IMG/VR virus record: IMGVR_UViG_3300020400_000029
Location: 1-27,591 of that record
Length of the DNA stretch: 27,591 nt
DNA from: a virus
Taxonomy: Duplodnaviria > Caudoviricetes
Direction: 5' to 3' (one strand)
The stretch's first letter is position 1, and the number at the start of each line of letters is the position of its first letter. The translations under genes and the position numbers were made by a program. The notes beneath the pieces were generated by a model. That model did not search any database and was not told the DNA's origin. It saw nothing but the letters and a program-made list of their open reading frames with translations. Below, one piece after another: positions 1 to 10,113 of the stretch.

Positions 1-1
1 G

Positions 2-562
2 CCATATACTAGGAAAATTTATATGATGATAACTATCTGTTTCAACTATTCCAGGCAGTACAGTAAATCTTTTTTCAAATTGATATGTTGGTGTTATAAA
101 CATTACTGAATAACCTTTTGGTGTGTATATACGCCAAGGATTAATAAATTTTATACCTTCTGGAAAATCTGTTTTTTTCAAATTCCAACCTTTAATTTGT
201 TCTTTACTGTGAAACTCAATACCGTATCGAAAATTTTTGTTATCCCATTCAAAAGTTTCCATATCTCTCTGAATAAGAAAATCACACCACATTGGAATTA
301 TGTAACCTTCAGTTATTAAATCAACTATAGCAGGACATCTTTTGACAGTACCACTCGTATGCTTTTTAGCAGTCGTGCCTTTCTTACCAAAATAATCACG
401 CTTACCTTTTTCATGGACAGCAGGTGTTTCTATAGATTCGGACATATTTTTAAACCATTTTGGTAAAAAGAACTTAGATGGTTTAACAGGTGCTACTGAT
501 TCAAGACCTTTGACATCTGTTTTGAATTCTATAAATTGTTTGCCTCCCAAAGAATATTTCAT
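2..562 (-). CDS. DUF6065-like phage protein (3'-partial, runs off the window)
   Basis: Not in the ORF track. Hand translation: MKYSLGGKQFIEFKTD...LPKWFKNM...TVKRCPAIVDLITEGYIIPMW...KFINPWRIYTPKGYSVMF...LPGIVETD. ATG at 562 overlaps the upstream stop (ATGA). The motifs resemble the family often found beside tail-fibre genes in aquatic phages. Confidence 0.7.
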   Translation of the reverse strand, partial: MKYSLGGKQFIEFKTDVKGLESVAPVKPSKFFLPKWFKNMSESIETPAVHEKGKRDYFGKKGTTAKKHTSGTVKRCPAIVDLITEGYIIPMWCDFLIQRDMETFEWDNKNFRYGIEFHSKEQIKGWNLKKTDFPEGIKFINPWRIYTPKGYSVMFITPTYQFEKRFTVLPGIVETDSYHHINFPSIW

Positions 563-774
563 AATTCAGGATATGTACCACCGATACTTTCATACTCATT
601 TCTAAGAGCTTCAATATTTATAGCCAAAATATCTAGCTTTTGAGCAGTAGCACCTTCTTGAGAAAGTCTATAATAATTTTCTTCCATTGAAACAAGTTCT
701 GATTTCAAGCGTGATATCTTTTCATCATTTGTTTCTTCTTCAGGAACAATAAACTTATATTCATCAAGAGCCAT
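559..774 (-). CDS. Small coiled-coil protein downstream of the tail fibre (possible fibre assembly helper)
   Basis: 71 aa with a heptad pattern. TAATG coupling to the fibre gene and AGGAGG upstream. Confidence 0.65.
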   Translation of the reverse strand: MALDEYKFIVPEEETNDEKISRLKSELVSMEENYYRLSQEGATAQKLDILAINIEALRNEYESIGGTYPEL

Positions 775-3700
775 TAAACACCTCCTAATTCATCTACTTG
801 AGCTTCTAATACTTTTATCTTAGCTGATAATTGTTGTATCGATTTAACTAATACAGGAACTAATTGTTGCATATCGACATGACCCAACTCATCATCTTTG
901 TAATCTCTCTGTTCTTTATCAGTGTAGTTCTTTTTATAAACAGCACCTAAAGCGTTATTACTACCTGTATAGTCATAAACAGCTTTTTGTAAATCTTGTG
1001 CGATAAAACCTTGTTGCACATTACTAAGTACATCTATACGGTTTTTCTTCCAACTATTTTCTATATTGTTATCTTCTATTGATGAGTCTAAATATGATGA
1101 TTTCCATTTATAATCAACAGGTTTTAAAGTTTCAACAAAATCAAGACCAAGTGTTATTGGTTGTACATCTTCTTTTAATCGAATATCTGAGTGATGCACT
1201 GCATTATGTACTGCAATAGCTGAGTTTACTTGAGCATTTGTGGCAAATGAAGCATTGTGTTCACTATTTCCGTGTGGGTCTTCAGCAACAGTAAAGTTAT
1301 GAGTATGGTGACCAACTTCGTTAGTATGATTAAATCCTGTAATGTCTGCATTAAAATTGTGATTATGATTATTGGGAGTGATGGTGTTACCATGAGAGTG
1401 ATTATTATTAGTCAATACGTTTATATGGCTATGATTATTATTTGTTAAAAAACCTGAGTGATTATGATTATTTGTTGATAAAACCGTACCAGAGTTTGGA
1501 AAACTTAAATTACCATGTGAGTGTCCAGATGTGCTTATCCACTCAACACCACTACCTGTTGATGCAAGAACTTGACCTGAATTTCCAGTACCACCACCAG
1601 CTTGTAATGTTCCACCCAGTGTTAGTTTATTTGGAACAGAAAAACTATCATCAGCAGTTGACCAACTAGCTACGTTATCGTCACCATTTGTAAGTTGCAT
1701 TTGTGTAACTCCAGATAACGGATCATTAACAAAAAATCCCATTGTTGCATTTGTACCTTGTATTGCAATAGAAGGATTATCTTCATCACCATCTGGTAGA
1801 ACTAAAAATGATTTTGTTGTAGTCAAATAGTTTGTGCCACTTATATCTCTGTTAAATAAAACTGTATCACCAATTTTTAATCTATCACTCGAAGCAGTAG
1901 TAGGTACATCAGAAGCTGTATTTTTAGATAAAGTAATAGCTGGGTTAGTAACAGTAGCTGTATTTATATTGCCTCCAGTAAGTGTATAAGAAGTTGCTGT
2001 AACAACACCAGCGTTTGTTACTTTAAAAGGCGCAGCTCCTAAAGTTCCTGCACCTAAAAACATATTGCCATCGCTGTCAACATGAAAGCTCGTAGAGTCT
2101 GATCCACCAATATTGATAGCATCACCCACATTTAATACACCAGATAGATCTAATGTATCAGCATCAATTGTTATACCTTCAGATGAAGCATTTATCGTAG
2201 CAACAACATTTGATCCTGAAACTGGTGTAAAGTTTAGTTTAGATGTATCAATACTTCCAGAAGCAATACGATCTGCACTAATCGTTCCAGCATTTATTTT
2301 TGTTGCATTTAAATCATTTATCTTTGCATTTGTTATTGCAGCGTCTTGAATATTTGCAGTACCAATAGCAGCAGTAGCTATTTTTGCATTTGTAATTGCA
2401 GCGTTCGCTATAAGAGCCTCAGTTACAGCTAAGTTTGCTATATGAGCTGTATCAACTAAATCTGCATTACCACTTTGTTCATCTGATGGTTCAGATTCAT
2501 TACCAGAACTATCTACAGCTGTTAATCTGAAAAAATGTGTGGTTGCATTATCTAAATCTATATATCCAATAGTTGGAATACCATTTGTTATGTGAGCGTG
2601 TGAAGCTTTTAATTCACCAATTTTAAAACTTGAGTTTACAACTTTTTTAGTTGTAGAATTATAAGCTAAATTAAAACCACTTGTTGTTGAAGCATAGATA
2701 TTTAAATGATCAATATCTTTTGCCAAAGTAAAATCTACTACAGGACTTACAGCATTACCAGCATCATTTTTTGCTTGTCCTAGTTTATGTATAAATTGAA
2801 CTCTAAGAGGGTTACTTGCAATTGTTGAAAAACCAGCTGGTTTGTTTGGTGCACTACCATCTCTTGGAGTTTGTACAGATGATATTGTTGTAAAACTACT
2901 ATCGAAACCAGATTGATCGATAGTTTGTACCCCTACTTCATAAAAAGTATTAGGTGATAAATCATATATTACAAATTCTGTTGTTCCAAAAGTTACGCTT
3001 TGGAATTGATAATCAGTAACTTGGGTTCCTGTACTGTCTGTAATATTATTACTTAAACTGTCCGCTTTAGCTTTGAATCTAATCCTGTAAATTGATCCAT
3101 CAATTATTGTTGATCCGTCTGAGTTTGTAGGTTGTGTCCAGGACAACTTAATAAAAGCCTTTGAAACACCATTACCATCTGTATATGTTCCAGCAACTTG
3201 AGTTAAGTTTGAGGGAGCATTTGGTACTGTTTTATCATTTGTTCCAACTTGATCAAGTGTGTAACCACTGAATCCAAGACTTTCCGAAATAGTTGGTGCA
3301 ACATCACCTACTTCTAATTGAACATCCCCTGTTTCGAATAATAAGTAATCTGTTAATTCTAAATAAGTACCATTAGATTTTCTATAGAAAACACCATAAC
3401 CATTTTTGATAGGCCATGTAATACCTAAAATTCTTATTTTTGTAGGATTTAATATTCTACCTTGATAAACTGTTTCAAATAAGCTTGATCTACTATCTGC
3501 TAATCTATCTGCTTCTGTATCAACAAAACCAATATCTGGATCAAAAATAAATATTTTATCTCCTACTTCAAAGTCTCCAGATATGTCATATTCATCTAAA
3601 GATACATTCAGTGTTTTTTTGACAAGATTTAATTCATTAAGATAAGCTGTCGCTCTTGTATTTTTTGATGTATTAGGTGTTTGCGGATCAGAAACATACT

Positions 3701-4499
3701 GTGTCCTTTTAAGAGCTGTTCCAAATAAGTCTTTGTAAGGATTTGAACTTGCAGTAGCAGAACCGTAGTTTGCTTCTGCGCCATATTTTGAAGCGACCAA
3801 CTCTACTTTATTTACAAATTCAGAAGCATCAAATTGTGCAACCAATGATGAGGTTGTAAGACCAGTAATGTTTGGATCTTCACCAGTTTGTCCTCTGACG
3901 ATAATAGATGTTGGATCTGAAGTATGTCCTGCAAATAAATTACCAACAGGTCCTGCATCTAATAAACCTTTTTGATTTACTTTAAATTCTACACCTAGCT
4001 CCTGGCATACATACTTAATTGCTTTTAAAGCAGATTCTGTATAATGCTTTCCTGTATAGTTTGCACCAGGATCTGTAATATTACCTTTTCTAATAGGTCC
4101 TTGATTACCACTTTCATCTCTAAGTAATCCTTTAGGAGTTCCAGTAGTGTCTAATACATTTTCAAGAGTTGTATTTGTATATGATCTAACACCAGTAGGA
4201 CCGCCTGTTTCAGCTATAGGCATACCTCTAGAGTCACTATCTCCTAAATATGCAACTAGACCTTGACCTGTAATCACAACATTTTGTTCATCACCTATTT
4301 CAAGTGAATAAACAATACCTGTGTAATCTGATTGATCTAAAAGTGAACTATCGTTAAATTCTTGAACATTAACATCTGCTGGAACTATTACAATATGCCC
4401 CCAGGCATCTATTTGATTAATAATTGAATTAGGTACTTTGGTTTTATCAAGTTGGACAGAAAACTGTCCTGGAGCCATAAGCTTTTCTGTAACGCTCAT
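774..4499 (-). CDS. Tail hub/fibre protein with Fn3-like domains, ITNAKI repeats, His-rich shaft and C-terminal S74 intramolecular chaperone
   Basis: 1241 aa, follows the tape measure and distal tail genes. Fn3 patterns PNAPSNL..LSWTQP..LSPNTFYEVGV and FRLTAVDSSGNES. S74 signature SDIRLKEDV..LKPVDYKW..GFIAQDL..LVKSIQQL. Confidence 0.85.
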   Translation of the reverse strand: MSVTEKLMAPGQFSVQLDKTKVPNSIINQIDAWGHIVIVPADVNVQEFNDSSLLDQSDYTGIVYSLEIGDEQNVVITGQGLVAYLGDSDSRGMPIAETGGPTGVRSYTNTTLENVLDTTGTPKGLLRDESGNQGPIRKGNITDPGANYTGKHYTESALKAIKYVCQELGVEFKVNQKGLLDAGPVGNLFAGHTSDPTSIIVRGQTGEDPNITGLTTSSLVAQFDASEFVNKVELVASKYGAEANYGSATASSNPYKDLFGTALKRTQYVSDPQTPNTSKNTRATAYLNELNLVKKTLNVSLDEYDISGDFEVGDKIFIFDPDIGFVDTEADRLADSRSSLFETVYQGRILNPTKIRILGITWPIKNGYGVFYRKSNGTYLELTDYLLFETGDVQLEVGDVAPTISESLGFSGYTLDQVGTNDKTVPNAPSNLTQVAGTYTDGNGVSKAFIKLSWTQPTNSDGSTIIDGSIYRIRFKAKADSLSNNITDSTGTQVTDYQFQSVTFGTTEFVIYDLSPNTFYEVGVQTIDQSGFDSSFTTISSVQTPRDGSAPNKPAGFSTIASNPLRVQFIHKLGQAKNDAGNAVSPVVDFTLAKDIDHLNIYASTTSGFNLAYNSTTKKVVNSSFKIGELKASHAHITNGIPTIGYIDLDNATTHFFRLTAVDSSGNESEPSDEQSGNADLVDTAHIANLAVTEALIANAAITNAKIATAAIGTANIQDAAITNAKINDLNATKINAGTISADRIASGSIDTSKLNFTPVSGSNVVATINASSEGITIDADTLDLSGVLNVGDAINIGGSDSTSFHVDSDGNMFLGAGTLGAAPFKVTNAGVVTATSYTLTGGNINTATVTNPAITLSKNTASDVPTTASSDRLKIGDTVLFNRDISGTNYLTTTKSFLVLPDGDEDNPSIAIQGTNATMGFFVNDPLSGVTQMQLTNGDDNVASWSTADDSFSVPNKLTLGGTLQAGGGTGNSGQVLASTGSGVEWISTSGHSHGNLSFPNSGTVLSTNNHNHSGFLTNNNHSHINVLTNNNHSHGNTITPNNHNHNFNADITGFNHTNEVGHHTHNFTVAEDPHGNSEHNASFATNAQVNSAIAVHNAVHHSDIRLKEDVQPITLGLDFVETLKPVDYKWKSSYLDSSIEDNNIENSWKKNRIDVLSNVQQGFIAQDLQKAVYDYTGSNNALGAVYKKNYTDKEQRDYKDDELGHVDMQQLVPVLVKSIQQLSAKIKVLEAQVDELGGV
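1190..1525 (-). repeat. Tandem ~11-aa Asn/His repeats (NNHNH/NNNHSH) in the tail fibre
   Basis: GHSHG..TNNHNHSGFLTNNNHSHINVLTNNNHSHGNTITPNNHNHNF..GHHTH. Confidence 0.85.
2230..2460 (-). repeat. ~10-aa AAITNAKI-type fibre shaft repeats
   Basis: LAVTEALIANAAITNAKIATAAIGTANIQDAAITNAKINDLNATKINAGTISADRIASGSIDTSKL. Confidence 0.8.
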
Positions 4500-5731
4500 G
4501 ATTTAACTAATCTAACAACCTCGACTATGTTATCTAAGTACTGATCTCGTACTTTTGTTGCAGCGTCTTCTGAAGTTGCAGAACTCCCATTGAATTCATA
4601 TCCTAGAAAAGCTTTCAGCGTTGCAGTAGAAGCTGTAGAGTTTATACCACCATTAGTTGTGTCTACATCAAAATTTTGTGGAGATCCTAATATTATTTTA
4701 TTACCATCAATATCATTACTTGTTGTAATTCCAAAGCTGGTGTTATCAGTATATGCAGTTGTAGTAGTTGGTCTTATGTTGAATTGAGCAGATGAAAATT
4801 GTGTTGCAACTATTGAAAAGTGTCTTGCACCTCTTCTAAGAGATACATCGAAAGTAAGTCTTTTGTCTTTTGTAGCTGCTTCATAATAACTTCCAAGTCT
4901 TACAGTAACCATTTCAGGATCATTTTTTAAGATTTGTACAGATCTCCAACCCTGAAATTCAGTAGCGCTAGCTCCTCTTGATACTGCAAACTCTGTAGAA
5001 GATTTATATCCATTCGTATCATAAGACTTAATGATAAACCTTGATTGTGCTGTGTTGTTTACAAAAGTCATTTGTACCAATCCATTTTGTATTTTTGTTG
5101 ATGATGGTGAATTGTTTGGTGATTCTAAACCACATCTAATTCTATTTACATCATCTATTCCATCTGTAAAAACTTCACAAGAATTTTTATAAAAATCAGC
5201 AGGATCAACTAAAAATTTTGCATTTGTATTTCTTATTGATGAACCAAATCTAATAATTGTGTTACCATCTTCACCTACTCTAGTAAATGTTCCAGGCAGA
5301 GAACTATGATCATGTGAGAAAGAATCTACAGGTCCTGCATAAAATTGGCTTGTTGAACTTGATAAAGAATGATCATTTGATATGAAACCACCAGTCATTT
5401 GACTCTCAAATTCTATTTCACCCATATTTCCTAAAAACTCCATTTCGATATTGTATTCATATCCACCACTTATAACTCTTGCAGTATTTACAGAAGCACT
5501 TATTACTTTTACATAACCTGAAACTGATGTATCACCTTGCCAAATGAAAGGCACACAGTAATATCCATTTGCACATGCAAGCAATTCATCTCTTAAATAT
5601 TTTGCTTCATTTAATGTGTCAGGTGCTAATTTACCCTGTATTGATAATGTGTGCATATCAGCACTTCTTGAATCAGATAACGTAGCTGGTGATGTAAATG
5701 TTAATCGACCAATTGTTATTGTATTTGACAT
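4496..5731 (-). CDS. Minor tail protein (distal tail/Dit-like position)
   Basis: Beta-rich, 411 aa, lies between tape measure and fibre. ATG at 5731 is preferred over the track's 5740 because it overlaps the stop of the upstream small ORF (TAATG). ATGA overlap with the fibre gene. Confidence 0.7.
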   Translation of the reverse strand: MSNTITIGRLTFTSPATLSDSRSADMHTLSIQGKLAPDTLNEAKYLRDELLACANGYYCVPFIWQGDTSVSGYVKVISASVNTARVISGGYEYNIEMEFLGNMGEIEFESQMTGGFISNDHSLSSSTSQFYAGPVDSFSHDHSSLPGTFTRVGEDGNTIIRFGSSIRNTNAKFLVDPADFYKNSCEVFTDGIDDVNRIRCGLESPNNSPSSTKIQNGLVQMTFVNNTAQSRFIIKSYDTNGYKSSTEFAVSRGASATEFQGWRSVQILKNDPEMVTVRLGSYYEAATKDKRLTFDVSLRRGARHFSIVATQFSSAQFNIRPTTTTAYTDNTSFGITTSNDIDGNKIILGSPQNFDVDTTNGGINSTASTATLKAFLGYEFNGSSATSEDAATKVRDQYLDNIVEVVRLVKS

Positions 5732-5856
5732 TAGCACCAATCCTTTGCTCTACATTGTTCACAGTATCTATATTTTGTATGATAAAAATAATTACCACAA
5801 TTAAAATCAGATTCACATTTTTTTAATATATCAGTGTTTTTATTTGTGGCAATCAT
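5731..5856 (-). CDS. 41-aa Cys-rich protein (putative zinc binder)
   Basis: MIATNKNTDILKKCESDFNCGNYFYHTKYRYCEQCRAKDWC*. TAATG-coupled at both ends, with GAGG upstream. Confidence 0.7.
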   Translation of the reverse strand: MIATNKNTDILKKCESDFNCGNYFYHTKYRYCEQCRAKDWC

Positions 5857-8800
5857 TATCTACCTCTTATTCCTGTACCTATTAAACCTTCTCTATCTAA
5901 TTTAGATAATTCTTTTCTTATCTGTATTGCTGCTTTTCTAGCCTGCATTGGATCTGATGGAACACCTGTAACATTTACATTTATATTTTCTACATTTATA
6001 TTACTTGATCCAAAGTTACCCATAGGTGTAACATCTACACCACCACCTGGAATAGCACGAATCATTTCAGGTCCAAACTCACCTACAATTCCATATCCAG
6101 AATTTAAAATACCACCATTTGCATACATAGGTATTCTTCCTCCTCCAGCAAAGCCAGCAAATGCAGCTCTAGCTCTCTGCTCTAGAGTTAGTGTTGGAGG
6201 CAGTGAATTTGATGACTGACTTGAATCAAATAAATCTCGAATACTTTGTGTTGCTCTTGAAGTATCTGCATTAACTCTTATAGTTATTTCTTCTTGTTCT
6301 ACTTGTTGTTTGAAAGCAAAAATATCTGCTGCAATAACATCGATAGCCCCACCGACATCTCTTCCTAGTGTTTGTGCTAACACCCCTGTAGCATCTGTGA
6401 CTGTTTTTATAAGTGTTTCGTCAACATCAAGTACTCTTCCTATTTCTTTGAAAAGATCTACAGCTTCAGGTCCTGCTTGTAATAGACCAAAAGCATCAAG
6501 CCCAACAGAAAGTTTACCTTGAGCAATCGCTGCCTGTGTATCAAGTATCTCTTCATTTATATTTGCGAGTTCTTCTGCATTTTCTCCTTGTGCTTTTCTT
6601 AGTTCCTCTTCAGCAATTTGTAATTCAAAAAGTGGTGCAGTACCTTCTTCATAAGCAAGTCTTAGAAAATCTACTTTATCTTGTGCCTCAGTTATTGATT
6701 TTATTTGTTGAGCTGTATTACCTTTTAGAAGCTGGTCTCTTTCTTTATATAAATCGTTCAGACTCTTTTCATCTCTTTGTAATCTTCTAGATGAACTAAA
6801 TAAACCAAACTGACTTGAGAAAGCACCAGATATATTTCTTACAGCATCTTCAGCACTTTCTTCTATCAAATCAGCTATATCAATCATTGTACCTTTGAAT
6901 TCTCTTTCGAGTGTTGGATATTCTGCTTTGATACCTTTGACAAAACCAAGCATGATAAATCTACCAACCTGTTCTGTTCTTTTAGAAGGTGATTTAGTGT
7001 CAAAAATTATATCAGCTATTTGTGCAACTTTTTCTAAATTGTCTGCGTATGCTTCTTGAGTATTTGGTACCTCACCTTTGAAACCTTCTATAAGACCTTG
7101 AGCATATTTTTGTCCTGAATCTTTACCTGCTACTAAAAATTCCTCGCCAGCAACAGAAGCAACTTTTTGTGAATTAATTTTAAACTGTTCAATAGTTTTT
7201 AGATTTTGATTTTCTAAACCTGTTTCTATTTCTCTAAGTGCAGCTGGATCATTCAATAAGTTTTGTAATGAAGCAGCAAACTCAGGTCCTAATTGTGTAG
7301 CTAAAAATGCAAGATCATCAAAACCTTCATCTTGAAGAGTTTTTATTTGAGCTTTAAATATTTCTGCAAGTAAAAATCTTTCTCTAAATGCTTCTACCAT
7401 TTCATCAGCTGTTCTTACAACTAAATCAGGTAATGGATCAAGACTGGTAAATAAACTGTCTGTTGCATCTTTCAAACCATCTTCAATTGCATCAAATACA
7501 GTTGTTAAATTTAATGTTTCATCAGTAAGTTCTTGTGTTGAATCAGTTACATCTTTTTGTGCTTTTTGTAAAGCTAAGTGACCTTCTATTGCTTTTTCTT
7601 GAAATTCTCTTAGTAAGGTGCCTTTTGCTGCAAGCTCTTGTATTCCTAGAGCTTCCATTGCTTCTAGTCTTATAGATTCTTCTCTTCTTCTATTTTGCTC
7701 AGCTATTGCAGGAAGAATTGCATTTATAATTTCTAATTCTGCATTTATTATGTTGACTCTATCTCTTTCTGTTTGTGTGAGTCCAGGTGCACCTGTAAAT
7801 CCTCCTTTTACACTTGTAAGAGAATCTAGTTCTTTTTTCAATTCTTCGATGTGTGCCTGTGTTTCATCAGGATCACCTAAAATTTGATTTATAATTCTGT
7901 TTTTAGTATTGAATCTATCATCCTCATTAAGCTTATCTAATTCAGATGCAAACTCTTCAGTAGTTTCAATAAGACCATTTAGTGTTTTTTTAGATACTTC
8001 TCCATCATCTGAAAAAGTATCTAGACTTCTTACTAGTTGTTCAAACTCACCTTTTGATCTTGCAGAGTTGACACCAAAAATACCAATAAGACCAGCAATA
8101 GCAGACAAGGTGATTCCAACTGGTCCAAAAAACTTACCTATGCTTACAGCAGTTGTTCTAAGAGCTAATAATGCTTTATTTGCAGTAATTACTGCAACAG
8201 TAAATACACCTAGAGCTGTTTTAATAGCACCAAAAGCATTTTCACTAATTGATATACCAATTACTAATTCCTGTAAACTGTCTACTATACCTCTGAAAGT
8301 AGGTAAGACTTCATTACCTATTTGAATACCTAACTCATTAAAAGTACCTCTTAATATTTCTAGTTGCGAAGAGGTAGTTCTATATCTTTTTATTGCTTCT
8401 TCTGTTGCAGCTGTATTTTCATCAAAAGATGTTCTAGCTGTATCCAAAGCATCAGCTAGTAAACCTTCTGCTTCAGCTAAACCTAATATTGCCAACATTG
8501 TTCTTCTTTGTTTCAAATCAAGATCATCAAGCATAGAGATAACATCTCCGCCAGCTTCATTAATATCTCCTAATCCTTCAATAAAAGCTAATGCAGCTTG
8601 TGCTGGATCATCTTTGAAGAACTGTGCAAAAGATTCTGCTGTTGTTCTACCTGAAGCTTCGGCAATGTTTCCAAAAATTTGTAATTGTTCACTTCCAGAA
8701 ATTACAGCAGACTGTATTGATTGAAATACACGAGCTACAGCTGTACCACCAGCCTGTGCTGGTACACCTATAGCTTGAAGAGCAGCGGCAAAAGCTAAAG

Positions 8801-9425
8801 CATCTTGTGTAGTTGCTCCAACTTGAGCTGCAGCTTGTTGAATACGCAAAACTGTAGTCATTATTTCTGACTCAGTAGCTGCGAAATTATTTCCTAAATC
8901 TACAATAGTTGATGCAACATTTTCAAAAGTTTCTCCATTTGTTTGAGCTATAGCATCTAATCTAGCAAGACCTAATGCTGCATTATCAACGGTAAGGTTT
9001 GTTGTGGTTGCAAGTGTAGAAACAGTTTGTATGAAGTTTGGAAGATTTTGAACAGCTATACCTAACTGTCCACCAAGCTCACCAATTCTATTTAATTCAT
9101 CAGCGGAGACAGGAATTGTAGTACTTAGTTGAATAATTTGTTTTGCAAGTCTATCGAATTGTGCTTCTGTAGCATCTACAGTTTTTTCTATACCTGCAAA
9201 ACTTTCTTCGAAAGCCATTGCTGATTGTGTAGCTTTTATAAGACCTACGGATATTGCACCAATACCAACAAGAGATATTGCATTTACTGTTGAAGCAACA
9301 GCACGAACTTGTTTAACTTGTTGAGCAGCAACTGATGTTGTATCTTCTGCATCTTTTACAAGCTGTTTAAGATTGGGGGTAGCCCCAATCATTAATTGAA
9401 TTGCACCTACTAATGGTGAGGCCAT
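5856..9425 (-). CDS. Tape measure protein (TP901-family core)
   Basis: 1189 aa, helical and Ala/Leu-rich. FEESFAGIEKTV..GELGGQLGI..DLGNNFAATESEI. C-terminal FAGGG..IVGEFGPE. Follows the tail chaperones. Confidence 0.93.
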   Translation of the reverse strand: MASPLVGAIQLMIGATPNLKQLVKDAEDTTSVAAQQVKQVRAVASTVNAISLVGIGAISVGLIKATQSAMAFEESFAGIEKTVDATEAQFDRLAKQIIQLSTTIPVSADELNRIGELGGQLGIAVQNLPNFIQTVSTLATTTNLTVDNAALGLARLDAIAQTNGETFENVASTIVDLGNNFAATESEIMTTVLRIQQAAAQVGATTQDALAFAAALQAIGVPAQAGGTAVARVFQSIQSAVISGSEQLQIFGNIAEASGRTTAESFAQFFKDDPAQAALAFIEGLGDINEAGGDVISMLDDLDLKQRRTMLAILGLAEAEGLLADALDTARTSFDENTAATEEAIKRYRTTSSQLEILRGTFNELGIQIGNEVLPTFRGIVDSLQELVIGISISENAFGAIKTALGVFTVAVITANKALLALRTTAVSIGKFFGPVGITLSAIAGLIGIFGVNSARSKGEFEQLVRSLDTFSDDGEVSKKTLNGLIETTEEFASELDKLNEDDRFNTKNRIINQILGDPDETQAHIEELKKELDSLTSVKGGFTGAPGLTQTERDRVNIINAELEIINAILPAIAEQNRRREESIRLEAMEALGIQELAAKGTLLREFQEKAIEGHLALQKAQKDVTDSTQELTDETLNLTTVFDAIEDGLKDATDSLFTSLDPLPDLVVRTADEMVEAFRERFLLAEIFKAQIKTLQDEGFDDLAFLATQLGPEFAASLQNLLNDPAALREIETGLENQNLKTIEQFKINSQKVASVAGEEFLVAGKDSGQKYAQGLIEGFKGEVPNTQEAYADNLEKVAQIADIIFDTKSPSKRTEQVGRFIMLGFVKGIKAEYPTLEREFKGTMIDIADLIEESAEDAVRNISGAFSSQFGLFSSSRRLQRDEKSLNDLYKERDQLLKGNTAQQIKSITEAQDKVDFLRLAYEEGTAPLFELQIAEEELRKAQGENAEELANINEEILDTQAAIAQGKLSVGLDAFGLLQAGPEAVDLFKEIGRVLDVDETLIKTVTDATGVLAQTLGRDVGGAIDVIAADIFAFKQQVEQEEITIRVNADTSRATQSIRDLFDSSQSSNSLPPTLTLEQRARAAFAGFAGGGRIPMYANGGILNSGYGIVGEFGPEMIRAIPGGGVDVTPMGNFGSSNINVENINVNVTGVPSDPMQARKAAIQIRKELSKLDREGLIGTGIRGR

Positions 9426-9751
9426 TTATTCCCTTCCTATATTTTTTTGATCTGTAATCATTTCATCTATAGTGGTAGCTACTCTAGGTCTAGATGTCCT
9501 ACCTCTTCGTTGATCGAGTTCTTTTTTCCACCAATCTTTGTCATCATCGACTGGATTTTCACCTGAACTCTGATCCACTAATTCTTTATACTGTGGTGAA
9601 AAGAATAAAGAATCCTCTAATGGCATTGTACTAAGTAATCTGTAAAATTTGCGCCATTCAAGTTTTAAGGGATCTAATATGCCGTATATTTTGTTGAAGT
9701 CAGATTCAACCAAAGACCACTTCTCAACAATGTCAGTGACTTTGAATGTTA
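9426..9751 (-). CDS. Tail assembly chaperone, frameshifted extension (gpT-like part of gpGT)
   Basis: The -1 frame is open from the slippery site: ITFKVTDIVEKWSLVESDFNKIYGI.. The track's start is only a TTG with no clear RBS. Confidence 0.8.
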
Positions 9752-10090
9752 TTTTGGGTTATCACCCTCATCCTCTGATGTAGCTTCGCCTGTATCACTT
9801 AGACCATATTGTTCCATAAGCCATGCTGATATTTCTTGAAGCTGTTGAAAAGTAACCTCTTTTGATATTTTTGTATAGTTCTCTTGTCCGAAAACAGTAA
9901 TGAACCATCTTGGAAGATTTGAAGCTGCTATAGCGCCGTCATCACCAAGCCATGTCAGTTGTTCTAAGACAACTGAAGCTGATAAGAATGGTGGGAATTC
10001 GTATTCCTTGTCATTAACCTTAACAGTTATAGGCTCTGTGTTTTGAGCGTCTTTAGCAGCATCAAAATCTTTAAATTTTTTACTCATCAT
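9749..10090 (-). CDS. Tail assembly chaperone (gpG-like)
   Basis: 113 aa between major tail and tape measure. RBS GGAGG. Ends AAC CCA AAA TAA. Confidence 0.85.
   Translation of the reverse strand: MMSKKFKDFDAAKDAQNTEPITVKVNDKEYEFPPFLSASVVLEQLTWLGDDGAIAASNLPRWFITVFGQENYTKISKEVTFQQLQEISAWLMEQYGLSDTGEATSEDEGDNPK
9752..9758 (-). promoter_or_regulatory. -1 programmed ribosomal frameshift heptamer CCCAAAA
   Basis: C CCA AAA fits X XXY YYZ in the correct phase, directly before the stop. The -1 frame joins the next ORF. Confidence 0.85.
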
Positions 10091-10113
10091 TCCTCCAATC
10101 TTTATGAGTTAAT

